Counted from the stretch's first letter, positions 40,505 to 51,391 are shown. The stretch is 64,000 bases of DNA from Gammaproteobacteria bacterium (GCA_965222155.1 CBDCTH010000012.1:3136001-3200000), one strand, 5' to 3'. Numbers and translations are program-made. The notes: a model not told the origin generated them from the letters alone.

Positions 40505-43267
40505 TCAAATCAGCTTCCTGATACGTTCCAGCTGTTCGACCAACCTGGTTACGGCAGTCTCGACCTCTGATAGTTTATCACGTTCTTTTTGCACAATCTC
40601 CGCCGGCGCCTTGTCGATGAAATTTTTATTTTCCAGTTTGCCGCCGATCCGTTGTTTATCCTTGTTGAGCTTTTCCAGTTGCTTCTCAAGCTTATCCGCC
40701 TCCGCTTCGGGGTCGATCAAATCAGCAAGCGGTGCCAGTATCGTCATGGAGCCGGCCAGGGCAGCTACGGCGTCATCGGGTTCAGTGGTGACCGACGTAA
40801 TGGCTGATACCTTTGCCAAGGCGCGGATATAAGCGTGGTTCTGCTGTAACCATTGGCGTTCCTGCCCGGTGCCACCCTTAACCTGTAACGCCAGCGGTTT
40901 TCCCGGCGCGATATCCCGCTCAGCACGGATACGCCGGACACCCAGAACGAAAGTCCTGAGCCAGTCTATCTCATCCTGTGCCGACGGGTCCCCGGGTAGT
41001 TGTCCGGCGTCAGGATAAGCCTGCAACATAATGGTTTCGCCGCCGCGGTTCAACAGGGGCGCGACCTTTTGCCAAAGTTCCTCGGTGATGAAAGGAATAA
41101 ATGGGTGTAATAAACGCAGCAGTATTTCCAGGTTGGTCAACAGGGTTTGTATAACGCCCCGTTTTTGCGCTTCGGAAGACTCCGGGTCATTCAAGGTGGT
41201 TTTCGATAATTCCACGTACCAATCGCAATATTCATCCCAGGTAAACTCGTACAGGGCCTGGGCCGCCAGGTCAAAACGATAATCGGCAATACCCTGGATA
41301 ACCCGTTCCGTGGCCTGGCCCAGGCGGGTACTGATCCAGCGTTCCGCCGTACCGTATTGCGCCTCACCGGCATTGACGTCAATACCCTGTTGCGCGACAC
41401 ACATCATGACATAACGGGCGGCGTTCCAGAGCTTGTTGCAGAAATTGCGATAGCCCTGGATACGGCCCGTATCAAACCGGATATCACGCCCCTGGGTGGC
41501 AAGCTGGGCAAAAGTGAAACGCAATGCATCCGTTCCGAACGCGGGGATACCGTCCGGAAAGTGCTCCCGCGTCGCCTTTTCAATCCTGGCCTGCAACTGC
41601 GGTTGCATAAGGTTGGTCGTCTGTTTTGCCACCAGCGCATCCAGTTCTATACCGTCAATCAGGTCCAGCGGGTCCAGGATATTGCCCTTGGACTTGGACA
41701 TCTTCTGTCCTTCGGAATCCCGCACCAGACCGGTCATGTACACCTCCCTGAACGGGACGTCGCCCATGAACTTCAGACCCATCATGATCATCCTGGCTAC
41801 CCAGTAGAAGATGATGTCGAAACCGGAGACCAGTACGCTGGTGGGATAGAACCGTCTTAATTCCCCGGTCTGTTCAGGCCAGCCCAGCGTGGAGAAGGGC
41901 CACAGCGCCGATGAGAACCAGGTGTCAAGCACGTCAGGGTCGCGGGTCAATTCGGCAGTGTCATCCAGGTGATATTTTTCCCGGACATGGGCAGCGTCTT
42001 TTCCGACGTATATGTTTCCACCGGCGTCGTACCAGGCCGGGATCCGGTGCCCCCACCAAAGCTGGCGGGAGATGCACCAGTCGTTGATGTTGTGCATCCA
42101 GTCGAAGTAGGTCTTGGACCAGTTCTCCGGGACAAAGCGAATCGCGCCGTTTTCCACGGCGGCAATGGCCGGCTCGGCCAGCGGCTGGATTTTAACGTAC
42201 CACTGCTCGGTGAGGTAGGGTTCAATTACCGCGCCGGAGCGGTCGCCGCGCGGCACCATGAGGGTGTGATCTTCGATTTTCCCGATCAAATCCAGGGATT
42301 GCAGGTCCTCGACGATGTGTCGGCGCGCAACATAACGGTCCATTCCACGGTAAGCGTCGGGGCCGTTTTCGTTGATTACGGCGTCTATGGTGAAGATATT
42401 CAGCGGTGGCAGGTTATGGCGTTGCCCCATTTCATAATCGCTGAAATCATGGGCCGGCGTGATTTTGACGCAACCGGTGCCGAATTCCGGATCTACGTGG
42501 TCATCGGCAATAACCGGGATGGTGCGGCCCGTCAAGGGTAGTTCCAGTGTGTGGCCGACCAGTTCCCGGTAGCGGGTGTCGTCCGGATGTACCGCCACTG
42601 CGCTGTCGCCCAGCATGGTTTCGGGGCGCGTAGTTGCGACGACCAGGTGGCCGTTGCCGTCACTGCGCGGATAACGTATGTACCAGAGATGTCCCTTTTC
42701 TTCCTGCGCCAGCACCTCAATGTCGGAGACCGCCGTATGCAGTACCGGGTCCCAGTTCACCAGCCTTTTGCCGCGGTAGATGAGCCCTTCGTCGTACAGG
42801 CGGATAAACACTTCCTGCACCGCATGGGACAGGCCCGCATCCATGGTGAAGCGTTCCCGGGTCCAATCCATGGATGTGCCGAGACGCCGGGACTGGCGGG
42901 TAATGGTATTCCCGGAATGCTCCTTCCAGTCCCACACTGCCTGAATGAATTTTTCCCGTCCCAGTTCCAGCCGTGACTGCCCTTTGCTCTCCAACTGACG
43001 TTCCACCACCATTTGTGTGGCGATGCCGGCGTGGTCGGTTCCACATTGCCATAGCGTGTCGGCACCGCGCATGCGCTGATAACGGATCAATATGTCCATC
43101 AGCGTCTGCTGAAAGGCGTGCCCCATGTGCAGGCTGCCGGTGACGTTGGGCGGCGGCAGGGCTATGCTGTAAGGATTGGTTCCCCCCCGGGGTTTGAAAT
43201 ACCCTTGGTTTTCCCAGACGTCATACCACAGGGATTCAATAGCTTGCGGGTCGTAGGTCTTTTCCAT
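40505..43267 (-). CDS. valS: Valine--tRNA ligase
   Basis: [30 protein letters not shown]. Confidence 0.98.
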   Translation of the reverse strand: MEKTYDPQAIESLWYDVWENQGYFKPRGGTNPYSIALPPPNVTGSLHMGHAFQQTLMDILIRYQRMRGADTLWQCGTDHAGIATQMVVERQLESKGQSRLELGREKFIQAVWDWKEHSGNTITRQSRRLGTSMDWTRERFTMDAGLSHAVQEVFIRLYDEGLIYRGKRLVNWDPVLHTAVSDIEVLAQEEKGHLWYIRYPRSDGNGHLVVATTRPETMLGDSAVAVHPDDTRYRELVGHTLELPLTGRTIPVIADDHVDPEFGTGCVKITPAHDFSDYEMGQRHNLPPLNIFTIDAVINENGPDAYRGMDRYVARRHIVEDLQSLDLIGKIEDHTLMVPRGDRSGAVIEPYLTEQWYVKIQPLAEPAIAAVENGAIRFVPENWSKTYFDWMHNINDWCISRQLWWGHRIPAWYDAGGNIYVGKDAAHVREKYHLDDTAELTRDPDVLDTWFSSALWPFSTLGWPEQTGELRRFYPTSVLVSGFDIIFYWVARMIMMGLKFMGDVPFREVYMTGLVRDSEGQKMSKSKGNILDPLDLIDGIELDALVAKQTTNLMQPQLQARIEKATREHFPDGIPAFGTDALRFTFAQLATQGRDIRFDTGRIQGYRNFCNKLWNAARYVMMCVAQQGIDVNAGEAQYGTAERWISTRLGQATERVIQGIADYRFDLAAQALYEFTWDEYCDWYVELSKTTLNDPESSEAQKRGVIQTLLTNLEILLRLLHPFIPFITEELWQKVAPLLNRGGETIMLQAYPDAGQLPGDPSAQDEIDWLRTFVLGVRRIRAERDIAPGKPLALQVKGGTGQERQWLQQNHAYIRALAKVSAITSVTTEPDDAVAALAGSMTILAPLADLIDPEAEADKLEKQLEKLNKDKQRIGGKLENKNFIDKAPAEIVQKERDKLSEVETAVTRLVEQLERIRKLI

Positions 43268-43326
43268 AGCGGATTTACTGAAAATCGGCCAGACCGTTAT
43301 TCCGGGCCTGATCCTGGATATCCATA

Positions 43327-43560
43327 TTATTCCGCTTCACTGGCGCTATCAGCGATCGGAGCAGCGGGGTCTGCCGCCTCGTCGAGTACAGGGATATTAT
43401 TTTCAAACAGGGAGAAGGTTTCTTCCAGCACCGGGATAGTGGCGTCGAGCACGTCAGCCCCTACCTGCTGATCCAGTACCGGGATAGCGGTATGTTCAAC
43501 CTCGTCTGTCAGTTCAGGACAGCGTTCCGGGATTTCCTTACGGTCTTTGTCTGACGCCAT
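43327..43560 (-). CDS. Small acidic hypothetical protein with IPVL(D/E) repeats
   Basis: 77-aa ORF between holC and valS with upstream AGGA. Confidence 0.65.
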   Translation of the reverse strand: MASDKDRKEIPERCPELTDEVEHTAIPVLDQQVGADVLDATIPVLEETFSLFENNIPVLDEAADPAAPIADSASEAE

Positions 43561-43591
43561 GTTCCTGCTTAGCGCAGAACGGCGCTCGGGT

Positions 43592-44038
43592 TCAGGCATG
43601 GCCCGGCTCGATATTATGGCTGTGCATTTCCATCCCCCTGGCGCGGTAATCCTTGTAGCGAAGCCTGGCCTGATGACGCTCGGCAGGATCTGACGGCACG
43701 ACTTCGATAACACGTTCATAAGCGCTCGTGTGTTCGGGCAGATTGCCGGACAAATTGATTAAAACCTGGCGCTGTAACGGTCCTTCGCCTTCCCAGCCGA
43801 CGCTGATCGGGCAGTCCGCGGCATCCGGAGAATCAATGGAAGCGTGGGGCAGGAAGCTGATGTCCCTGAATGTCCACAGCAAGTCATCGATTGTCGCGGC
43901 CGCTTCCCGGGTGGCGACATGAATATAAATATCGTAACCTTCATTCCTGACTTTGTCGGCAAGTTGACAAACGAAGCGGTAGGGAACGGCCGGTTCAGCG
44001 ACAATATAAAAGTCGGCTCTGGGCATGGACATTGACAA
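43592..44038 (-). CDS. holC: DNA polymerase III chi subunit
   Basis: RADFY, DDLLWTF, SFLPH, LINL, ARLRYKDY. Confidence 0.94.
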   Translation of the reverse strand: MSMSMPRADFYIVAEPAVPYRFVCQLADKVRNEGYDIYIHVATREAAATIDDLLWTFRDISFLPHASIDSPDAADCPISVGWEGEGPLQRQVLINLSGNLPEHTSAYERVIEVVPSDPAERHQARLRYKDYRARGMEMHSHNIEPGHA

Positions 44039-44041
44039 TGT

Positions 44042-45541
44042 TCAGTTTTGCCTCTCGTGCTGCTGAATCAGGTACTGGACCAGCAACGGAACGGGACGGC
44101 CTGTTGCACACTTGTTTTTCCCGCTCACCCACGCGGTTCCGGCAATATCAAGGTGAGCCCAGTGATACTTTCTGGCGAATTTTGCCAGAAAACATGCAGC
44201 GGTGATTGTCCCCGCCTCGCGCCCACCGATGTTTGCCATATCGGCAAACGGGCTTTCCAGTTGTTTTTCATATTCCTCCCATAGCGGCAGTTGCCAGGCG
44301 CGGTCACCGGCGCTTTCTCCTGCCTGCAACAGGTCAGCCGCGAGCGGACTATGATTGCTGAGAAGTCCCGATGCGTGTTTGCCCAGAGCAACGACACAGG
44401 CGCCGGTCAGGGTGGCGATGTCAATAACCGCGGCGGGCTCAAATCGTTCACTGTAGGTCAGGGCATCGCACAGTATCAAGCGTCCCTCGGCGTCCGTATT
44501 CAATACTTCGATGGTCTGGCCGGACATGCTGGTAAAGATATCGCCGGGTTTGGTGGCAGTGCTGCTGGGCATGTTCTCTACGGCCGGGGTCACGCCCACC
44601 AGGTTGATCGGCAGTTCCATCCCGGCTACGGCGGCCACGGCGCCGAACACCGATGCTGCGCCACACATGTCGAATTTCATCTCATCCATTGCCGCCGAGG
44701 GTTTTATTGAGATGCCCCCGGTATCGAAGGTAACGCCTTTCCCCACCAGGACCACAGGTTTGCTGTCATCTCCCGCACCCTGGTACTGGAACGTGATCAG
44801 TTTTGCCGGCTGGGCGCTGCCCTGGGATACCGACAGCAGGGAATTCATACCCAGGTCCTTCATTTCCGCCTCGTCAATAACCGTCACCTCGACAGAAGTA
44901 AACGTTTTACCCAGTTCCTCCGCCTGTTCAGCGAGATAAGTCGGGGTGCAGGCGTTGGCGGGACGGTTGGCCAGGTCGCGCGTCAGCTTCACCCCCCCGG
45001 CGAGCGCTTTGCCGCGTAACAGAGCGGATTCGCATTGCAGCAGTTCCCCGCGCGTGGGGACCATCAAGGTGATCTTGCGCAGGGTTTTTTTGGTTTCCTG
45101 TTTTTTGCTCTTGAAGTCTTTAAACTGGTAAATCTCATGATCGATGAACTGCACCGCGTATTGTATCTTCCAGCGGCAATCCCGGTCCTTGACATTCAGG
45201 CCCGGGAGGAAACTGATTGATTCGATTGCGCCGGTCTGTTTTACCTGCTTGATGCTGTTGACGATGATCTTCCGGTAGCGCCTGTCATCCAGGACCGCCT
45301 GTTTCCCGCAACCGACCAGCAGCAGGCGCTCAGCCGGGATGCCCGGGACGTTGTGCAGTAATAAGGATTGGCCGATTTTTCCGTCCATATCACCCTTGCG
45401 CAGCAGGTTCGACAGATACTTGTCACTGGCGTCATCAATGGCCTGGGCTGCAGGCGTTAATTTCCGGGACTCATGCACTCCTGCAACCAGGCATGCGCTA
45501 CGCTGTTTTTCGGGGTTGCCGCTTTTTATATTGAATTTCAT
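44042..45541 (-). CDS. pepA: Leucyl aminopeptidase
   Basis: GKGVTFDTGG, MKFDM, NTDAEGRL. Confidence 0.97.
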   Translation of the reverse strand: MKFNIKSGNPEKQRSACLVAGVHESRKLTPAAQAIDDASDKYLSNLLRKGDMDGKIGQSLLLHNVPGIPAERLLLVGCGKQAVLDDRRYRKIIVNSIKQVKQTGAIESISFLPGLNVKDRDCRWKIQYAVQFIDHEIYQFKDFKSKKQETKKTLRKITLMVPTRGELLQCESALLRGKALAGGVKLTRDLANRPANACTPTYLAEQAEELGKTFTSVEVTVIDEAEMKDLGMNSLLSVSQGSAQPAKLITFQYQGAGDDSKPVVLVGKGVTFDTGGISIKPSAAMDEMKFDMCGAASVFGAVAAVAGMELPINLVGVTPAVENMPSSTATKPGDIFTSMSGQTIEVLNTDAEGRLILCDALTYSERFEPAAVIDIATLTGACVVALGKHASGLLSNHSPLAADLLQAGESAGDRAWQLPLWEEYEKQLESPFADMANIGGREAGTITAACFLAKFARKYHWAHLDIAGTAWVSGKNKCATGRPVPLLVQYLIQQHERQN

Positions 45542-45667
45542 GATATTCTGTGTGTTATGTGTGAAAAAATCAGGTGGTAAATATTATCTGATAGCCGGCA
45601 TTAAAACCAGCTACCGGCAGCAATACAAGTTTATTGGCTAATATAAACCGAAGCAATAACGCCTGAT

Positions 45668-46764
45668 ATGATCCTGCGACGTTATATTCACAGAGAAATA
45701 GTCGAGAAACTCGGCTGGATCATCGGCCTGCTGCTGCTGATTATAACGAGCAGTCGATTTGTCAGATACCTGGCTGATGCCGCCGCAGGGGTTTTGCCCA
45801 CCGACCTGGTGTTCCAGGCGTTGCTCATGAAAATGCTGACAACGTTGCCGAAACTGATGCCCATGGCTGTTTTTCTGGCGGTGATGCTTGGCTTATCAAG
45901 ATTGGCCCGCGATAAGGAATTGACGGCGGTTTCGGTTTCGGGCGGCGCCCACCGGGTTGAACTCATATCGGTGTTGCAGTTTTCTTTCATGTTTTCCTGA
46001 TTGTATTCGCCACCAGTTTTTTTATCGCTCCCTGGGCCGCGCAAAATACGGAACAACTGCAGGCCAGGGCTGAAGTGGAAGCGGATACCGCAGGCATTAC
46101 GGCAGGTAAATTCACCGAGATGAGTAAGGGAGAGCAGATCATCTATATCGAACAATTATCAAGTGACAGAAGCCGGATGGAGAATGTTTTTCTGCAAGCC
46201 AGGCAGGGCCGGCAGACCAGCGTATTGAATTCGAGCAGCGCAGGTTATGAGACAATTGAATCTTCGGGTGGTAAATTCATTTTATTTCAGGACGGCCGAC
46301 GCTATACAGGGGATTCAGATTCGTTGGACTATCGCATTACCCGCTACAAAACGTACGCTGTCCAGATCGAACAGGGCGAGGAAGAGAGCGAATTTGTCAA
46401 GCTGGAATCGCTGCCGGCGTCCACATTGCTCGGTTCCGACAGCCCCAAACACAAAGCCGAATTACAGTGGCGCCTTTCATTTGTGATTTCATCGCTGTTA
46501 TTGCCGGTACTTGCCGTTGGCCTGAGCCGTTATTCACTCAGTGAGCAGAAATACATGTGCGCGTTTGTGGCCGTGCTGATCTACATCATTTACAGCAATA
46601 TGCTGAGCGTAGCGAAAACCTTGTTGAAAAGAGATGAAATCCCGGCATTCATCGGTTTGTGGTGGGTACACCTGGCGCTGCTGGCGCTGATTGTGCTGGT
46701 ATTTCAATTCCCGGGGCTGAGGCTGAGAAAGAAAAAAGCACATTCCGGGACAGTTCCCTGGTAA
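45668..46764 (+). pseudogene. lptF: LPS export permease LptF split by a frameshift near 45992-45995 (possibly an assembly error)
   Basis: Two LptF-like halves; adding one T to atgttttcctg joins them into ...MFFLIVFATSFFIAPWA... Confidence 0.85.
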
Positions 46765-46781
46765 CGGGTTCAGGTCGCAGT

Positions 46782-47042
46782 TAGCCCGCACCAAGTCGCT
46801 AGTGGCTATCGGATATATGTTTGCTGTCAATGAGTTATGGTAGTCTATTGACAATGTCATCATTACAGACTGCGCTTGATGCGCCCTCGCTTGTCTTTGT
46901 ACCGCCAGCGGGCACGTGCTTCCTCAACCGTAGCTACGGCTATGCTTTCGGTCCCCGTATCAAGTACGGGGCAGGCTCCGGCACCCGCTGGCGGCACAAA
47001 TCCGGTGCGATCTTCGCATCCCCTGGTGAAAAATGCGGGCTA
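46782..47042. mobile_element. TA-flanked structured MITE, copy 3 (mini-hairpin insert at 46953-46978)
   Basis: tagcccgca[7-bp deletion]ccaag ... ggtgaaaaatgcgggcta; ends just before the lptG ATG. Confidence 0.85.
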
Positions 47043-47043
47043 A

Positions 47044-48339
47044 ATGAAAATAATACAGCGGTATTTTATCGTTAACCTGGTCTGGACGACCTTTCTTGCC
47101 CTGGTAATCCTGGTCGGGATATTTGCGTTTCTGTCACTTATCGATCAGCTTGAAGACTCCGGGCAGGGAAATTACGGTACGTACCAGGCAGTCACTTACG
47201 TTGTTCTGACCCTGCCGCGGCTGGCTTACGAGATCCTCCCCATTGCTGCGATGATCGGGGGTATGACAAGCCTGGCATTACTTGCCGGAAACAGAGAACT
47301 CAACGTTATCAGGCTTTCCGGCGTCTCGATATATTCCCTCGCCGTATTAATGGGAAAATCAGCCCTGGTCATCGTGCTGTTTTCCATTTTCATCGGTGAG
47401 TTTATTGTGCCGGCCAGTGAAATTAAAGCCAGGTATCAACGATCCATCGCATTGACGGAACAGGTCGCCATGAGGACAAAATACGGCTTCTGGGCCAGGG
47501 ACGGAAACAGTTTTATCAATATACGTAAAATATTGCCCGGAAATATCATTGAGGAAATATACATCTATGAGTTCGATGACGAGGCCAGGCTGCGTAACAG
47601 CATCTTTGCGAATAACGCCCAGTACGTCGATAACCGGTGGGTGTTTGAAGGAGTGGAAAAGACTGTCATTGACAGCGGCGGAGTCAGGCGGGAACAGTAC
47701 AAAAGAGCGGCCTGGGATTCATGGGTCGATGACGAATTGATTAACCTCGTCATCATCAACCCCCAGTATATGGGCTTGTGGAACCTCTATAACAGCGTAC
47801 GGGTGTTAAAATCGAATTCACAAAACACGGCGACGTTTGAGCAGGCGCTCTACGGAAAACTGATAAGGCCGTTCACAATCATCGCCATGATTGTCCTGTC
47901 AATACCGCTGGTAGTCATGCGCAACCACTCCGGGGGGCTGGGGCAACATGCGTTCAGCGGCGCGCTGATCGGTGTGGTCTTCTATTTTTGTAATTCTGCA
48001 TCCAGTCATATCGGCATCGTCTACGACATCCATCCGTTCATCAGTGCGGCAGTTCCGACCCTGCTGCTTTTGCTGGTTTTATTCTGGTTGTTTTTCCGGC
48101 AACAATCAGAATTGTTCCCGAAAACCGATCATGGAACGCAAGTCGTTCTTTATCAAACAAAGCCCAGAGAAACCCAGCTCCAAATCCAGTTAAAGACGCG
48201 CCGGCCAGAAAAAACCGCAGGTTCAGGTTTTTCCAGCCGGGTTGCGCGCCGCTTGTGGTTGTTAAATATATACGCCAGGCGCGCATTCCAAGGGTTTGCC
48301 GTCCTCTTTTCCATTGCCAGACGAAATAGAAATAAGTGA
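47044..48339 (+). CDS. lptG: LPS export permease LptG with read-through C-terminal extension
   Basis: IDQL...GQGNY, ELNVIRLSGVS, GEFIVP, GFWARDG. Confidence 0.92.
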   Translation: MKIIQRYFIVNLVWTTFLALVILVGIFAFLSLIDQLEDSGQGNYGTYQAVTYVVLTLPRLAYEILPIAAMIGGMTSLALLAGNRELNVIRLSGVSIYSLAVLMGKSALVIVLFSIFIGEFIVPASEIKARYQRSIALTEQVAMRTKYGFWARDGNSFINIRKILPGNIIEEIYIYEFDDEARLRNSIFANNAQYVDNRWVFEGVEKTVIDSGGVRREQYKRAAWDSWVDDELINLVIINPQYMGLWNLYNSVRVLKSNSQNTATFEQALYGKLIRPFTIIAMIVLSIPLVVMRNHSGGLGQHAFSGALIGVVFYFCNSASSHIGIVYDIHPFISAAVPTLLLLLVLFWLFFRQQSELFPKTDHGTQVVLYQTKPRETQLQIQLKTRRPEKTAGSGFSSRVARRLWLLNIYARRAFQGFAVLFSIARRNRNK

Positions 48340-48532
48340 TGAGCAACAGGTAAGCGGAATATAACGGGCTGCCGGCAGCAATGGCTTCCCCGCCCGCCAC
48401 GGGCAGCGCAAGCACAGTAGCAAAAAACAGCACGGAAAAAAGCAGACAGCAATCATAAACAACGGCCATCAGTCTGCGCCGCAGGCCGCAGTGATCATAA
48501 ATGGGTTCAGAGTGCCTTTCTTTATATGTCAT
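48041..48532 (-). CDS. RDD family protein
   Basis: RRLMAVVYD, QTLGMRAW, FHDRFSGT. Confidence 0.88.
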   Translation of the reverse strand: MTYKERHSEPIYDHCGLRRRLMAVVYDCCLLFSVLFFATVLALPVAGGEAIAAGSPLYSAYLLLITYFYFVWQWKRGRQTLGMRAWRIYLTTTSGAQPGWKNLNLRFFLAGASLTGFGAGFLWALFDKERLAFHDRFSGTILIVAGKTTRIKPAKAAGSELPH

Positions 48533-48665
48533 GTACGGGCCGGTCCGCCTCCGATAATTACCACTTGTGATCGCATTGCGATATACTGCGAAAGTATTTC
48601 CCGGCAAATCCAGTCCTTCATTGAAGGATTACCGGATTTGGCCATGAGCAGGTTATTATAATGAT

Positions 48666-49616
48666 ATGCTTGTAAAAATGTTGTCCCGCCGCGTCCTGTT
48701 TCCCGTCTGTTCGGCAGTTCTGGCATATCTTGCCGGTGCGGGGCTCGGTGCGGCATCCCCGGCTATGCCTGAATCGGCCATTCCGGGCAAGCTGGTCGAT
48801 GTCGGCGGCTACCGGCTGCATATTTATTGCGAAGGTGAGGGTATACCCACCATCATCTTCGATTCGGGAACGGGCGGCTTCTCACTGGAATGGACAAGAG
48901 TACAAAAAGTCCTGTCTCGCCGGACCCGTGTATGCTCTTATGACCGGGCTGGCTACGGCTGGAGTGATATGGGTCCGTTACCGAGGACCAGTAAGCGTAT
49001 TACCCGGGAACTGCATACCTTACTGGTTAAGGCTGATGTGACCGGGCCTTATATCCTTGCCGGACATTCATTCGGTGGTTATACCGCGCAGTTGTTTGCA
49101 AGAAATTACCCGAAGGAAACGGCGGGTCTTGTCCTGATCGATGCTTCACATCCGGAACAGATAGAGCGAATGCCGGGCAAGGAGCCGGGTACGCCCGCGA
49201 AACCTGTACCCGGGGCGCACAGCTATACCGTATCCAAGCACATCATGCATCCCAACTTTCCTGATGAGATGGTGCTGATAGCCAGCCGGATTATGAATAG
49301 CTGGCATCATACATCAACATGGCGCGAGGAAATGACGGTGTTTCCAATGAGCGCAAAACAGGTATTGGCCTCCAAACCGATGCCGACAGTCCCGATTGTC
49401 GTGCTGACACGTGGCCGTCGCATTTGGCCGAACAATGCGTATGGCGATGAAATGGAGCGGGTCTGGATGGAGTTGCAGGATGAACTGTCCCAGCTCAGCG
49501 ATAACTCCGTGCACCTGATCGCGGAACGGAGCGGGCACTCGATTCACCTGGACCAACCGGAAATCGTCATCAATGCAATGCAGACCATGCTGAATGCAAA
49601 TTTCGCACGAAAATAA
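48666..49616 (+). CDS. Exported alpha/beta hydrolase
   Basis: YDRAGYGWS, GHSFGG, SGHSIHLDQP. Confidence 0.92.
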   Translation: MLVKMLSRRVLFPVCSAVLAYLAGAGLGAASPAMPESAIPGKLVDVGGYRLHIYCEGEGIPTIIFDSGTGGFSLEWTRVQKVLSRRTRVCSYDRAGYGWSDMGPLPRTSKRITRELHTLLVKADVTGPYILAGHSFGGYTAQLFARNYPKETAGLVLIDASHPEQIERMPGKEPGTPAKPVPGAHSYTVSKHIMHPNFPDEMVLIASRIMNSWHHTSTWREEMTVFPMSAKQVLASKPMPTVPIVVLTRGRRIWPNNAYGDEMERVWMELQDELSQLSDNSVHLIAERSGHSIHLDQPEIVINAMQTMLNANFARK

Positions 49617-49637
49617 TGGGTGAACGGGAGGCAACCG

Positions 49638-49735
49638 GGTGAATGGGGTCAGGTCGCACATTGCACATGCAGAGGTTTGTCCAGCTTCACACTTATTTCT
49701 TTGCATGTGCAATGTGCGACCTGACCCCATTCACC
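49638..49735. repeat. Perfect 34-bp inverted repeat with 30-nt spacer
   Basis: ggtgaatggggtcaggtcgcacattgcacatgca (49638-49671) and its exact reverse complement (49702-49735). Confidence 0.9.
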
Positions 49736-49745
49736 ACACTTCATT

Positions 49746-49821
49746 TGGCGCTCCCTAGGGGAATCGAACCCCTGTTTCCGGCGTGAGAGGCCAGCGTCCT
49801 GGGCCACTAGACGAAGGGAGC
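49746..49821 (-). tRNA. tRNA-Glu (anticodon CTC)
   Basis: GCTCCCT...CT CTC AC...GTTCGATTC...GGGAGCG CCA cloverleaf, 76 nt. Confidence 0.95.
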
Positions 49822-49849
49822 CCGCTAAGTAGCGATGTTATAATAAGTC

Positions 49850-51148
49850 ATGAACAAAAGCCACGATAAAGTCACCTACCTGCGCCACGAGTCCAAAATC
49901 ATTCCTCGTGAAGAACACAACATATCCAGGAACAATATCAGTGACGCTGCCCTGAAAGTATTGTATCGGTTAAAAAATGCCGGCTTCGCCGGTTACCTGG
50001 TGGGGGGGAGCGTGCGCGACCTGCTGCTGGGGCGCGAACCCAAGGACTTTGACGTGGTTACGGATGCTACGCCGACGCAGATAAGGGAACTGTTCCGCAA
50101 CAGCCGCCTGATAGGTCGCCGTTTTCGGCTCGCCCATGTTCACTACGGGGATGAAATTGTCGAGGTGTCTACTTTTCGCGCCCCCCATCACATCGATGAT
50201 AGTGAAGGTAACGTCATTGACGGCCGGATAATACGCGATAACGTTTACGGGACTATTGACGATGATGTCTGGCGGCGTGATTTTACCGTCAATGCGTTGT
50301 TTTATAATATCGCTGACGAGTCCGTGGTCGACTACGTTAATGGGATGCACGATATCAGGTCCTGCTGCATAAGACTGATCGGTGACCCGCGCCAGCGTTT
50401 CGTCGAAGACCCGGTGCGGTTGTTACGGGCAGTACGGTTTGCAACCAAACTGGGATTCAGGATCAGCCGTGATACCGAGAGGCATATCCCCGGGCTGGCA
50501 TCCTCGTTGGGCGGTATTGCCCCCGCGCGTCTGTTTGAGGAATGTCTGAAACTGTTTTTTAACGGTTATGCTTTACAGACTTTCGAACAGTTGCGCCATT
50601 ACCATCTGTTCGGTGAATTGTTTCCGCAAACGGAAGAGGCCCTGACATACCAGCAAGGCGGGTTTCCCCATACTTTGGTCGCCAACGCGCTGCGCAATAC
50701 CGATAATCGGCTGGTGGAAAACAAACCGGTTACGCCGGGGTTTCTCCTCGCTGCCCTGTTGTGGTTGCCCATGGACAGACTGGCTCGGGATCATATTGCC
50801 CAGGGCCTGAGCGAAATGAATGCGGTCATGCTGGCAGGAGATATCGTGATCTCCAGACAAACCCGCAGCACCTCGGTGCCGCGTCGTTTTACCCGGATGG
50901 CCAGGGATATCTGGCAGATGCAGGCACGCCTGGCGCGGCACTCAAACCGCCGCCCGCACAGGTTAATCGAAAATCCCCGGTTCAGGGCCGCTTATGATTT
51001 TTTATTGTTACGCGCAGAATCAGGGGAGGCTGTCACTGAGTTGGCAGACTGGTGGACGCAGTTTCAGAAGAATAATCCCGCAACAAAGGATTTTTCCAGA
51101 GATAAGCGCGACAGTCGCAGGCGGCCCATAAGGCATCGTCCAGGGTAG
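49850..51148 (+). CDS. pcnB: Poly(A) polymerase I
   Basis: VGGSVRDLL, KDFD, IGRRFRLAHV, RRDFTVNAL, FRAAYDFL. Confidence 0.96.
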   Translation: MNKSHDKVTYLRHESKIIPREEHNISRNNISDAALKVLYRLKNAGFAGYLVGGSVRDLLLGREPKDFDVVTDATPTQIRELFRNSRLIGRRFRLAHVHYGDEIVEVSTFRAPHHIDDSEGNVIDGRIIRDNVYGTIDDDVWRRDFTVNALFYNIADESVVDYVNGMHDIRSCCIRLIGDPRQRFVEDPVRLLRAVRFATKLGFRISRDTERHIPGLASSLGGIAPARLFEECLKLFFNGYALQTFEQLRHYHLFGELFPQTEEALTYQQGGFPHTLVANALRNTDNRLVENKPVTPGFLLAALLWLPMDRLARDHIAQGLSEMNAVMLAGDIVISRQTRSTSVPRRFTRMARDIWQMQARLARHSNRRPHRLIENPRFRAAYDFLLLRAESGEAVTELADWWTQFQKNNPATKDFSRDKRDSRRRPIRHRPG

Positions 51149-51391
51149 CCCGGATATTACACCAGTTCGCTAGTTATAAACGGAAAGTTCTATGCTGTCA
51201 CAGAGTTATTCACGGTTTATTACTTTCATCGCCGTTGTAAACTGCGCTGGATGCGCTCTCACTTGTCTTTTGTACGCTGGCGGGCACGTGCTTCCTCAAC
51301 CAGAGTCCCGGCTATGCTTTCGGTCGCAGGCACCCGCCAGCGCACAAAATCCGGCGTGAGCATCACATCCACTGGTGTAATATCCGGGCTA
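51146..51391. mobile_element. TA-flanked structured MITE, copy 4 (no nested insert)
   Basis: Perfect 21-bp IR tagcccggatattacaccagt / actggtgtaatatccgggcta; left TA is in the pcnB stop codon. Confidence 0.9.
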
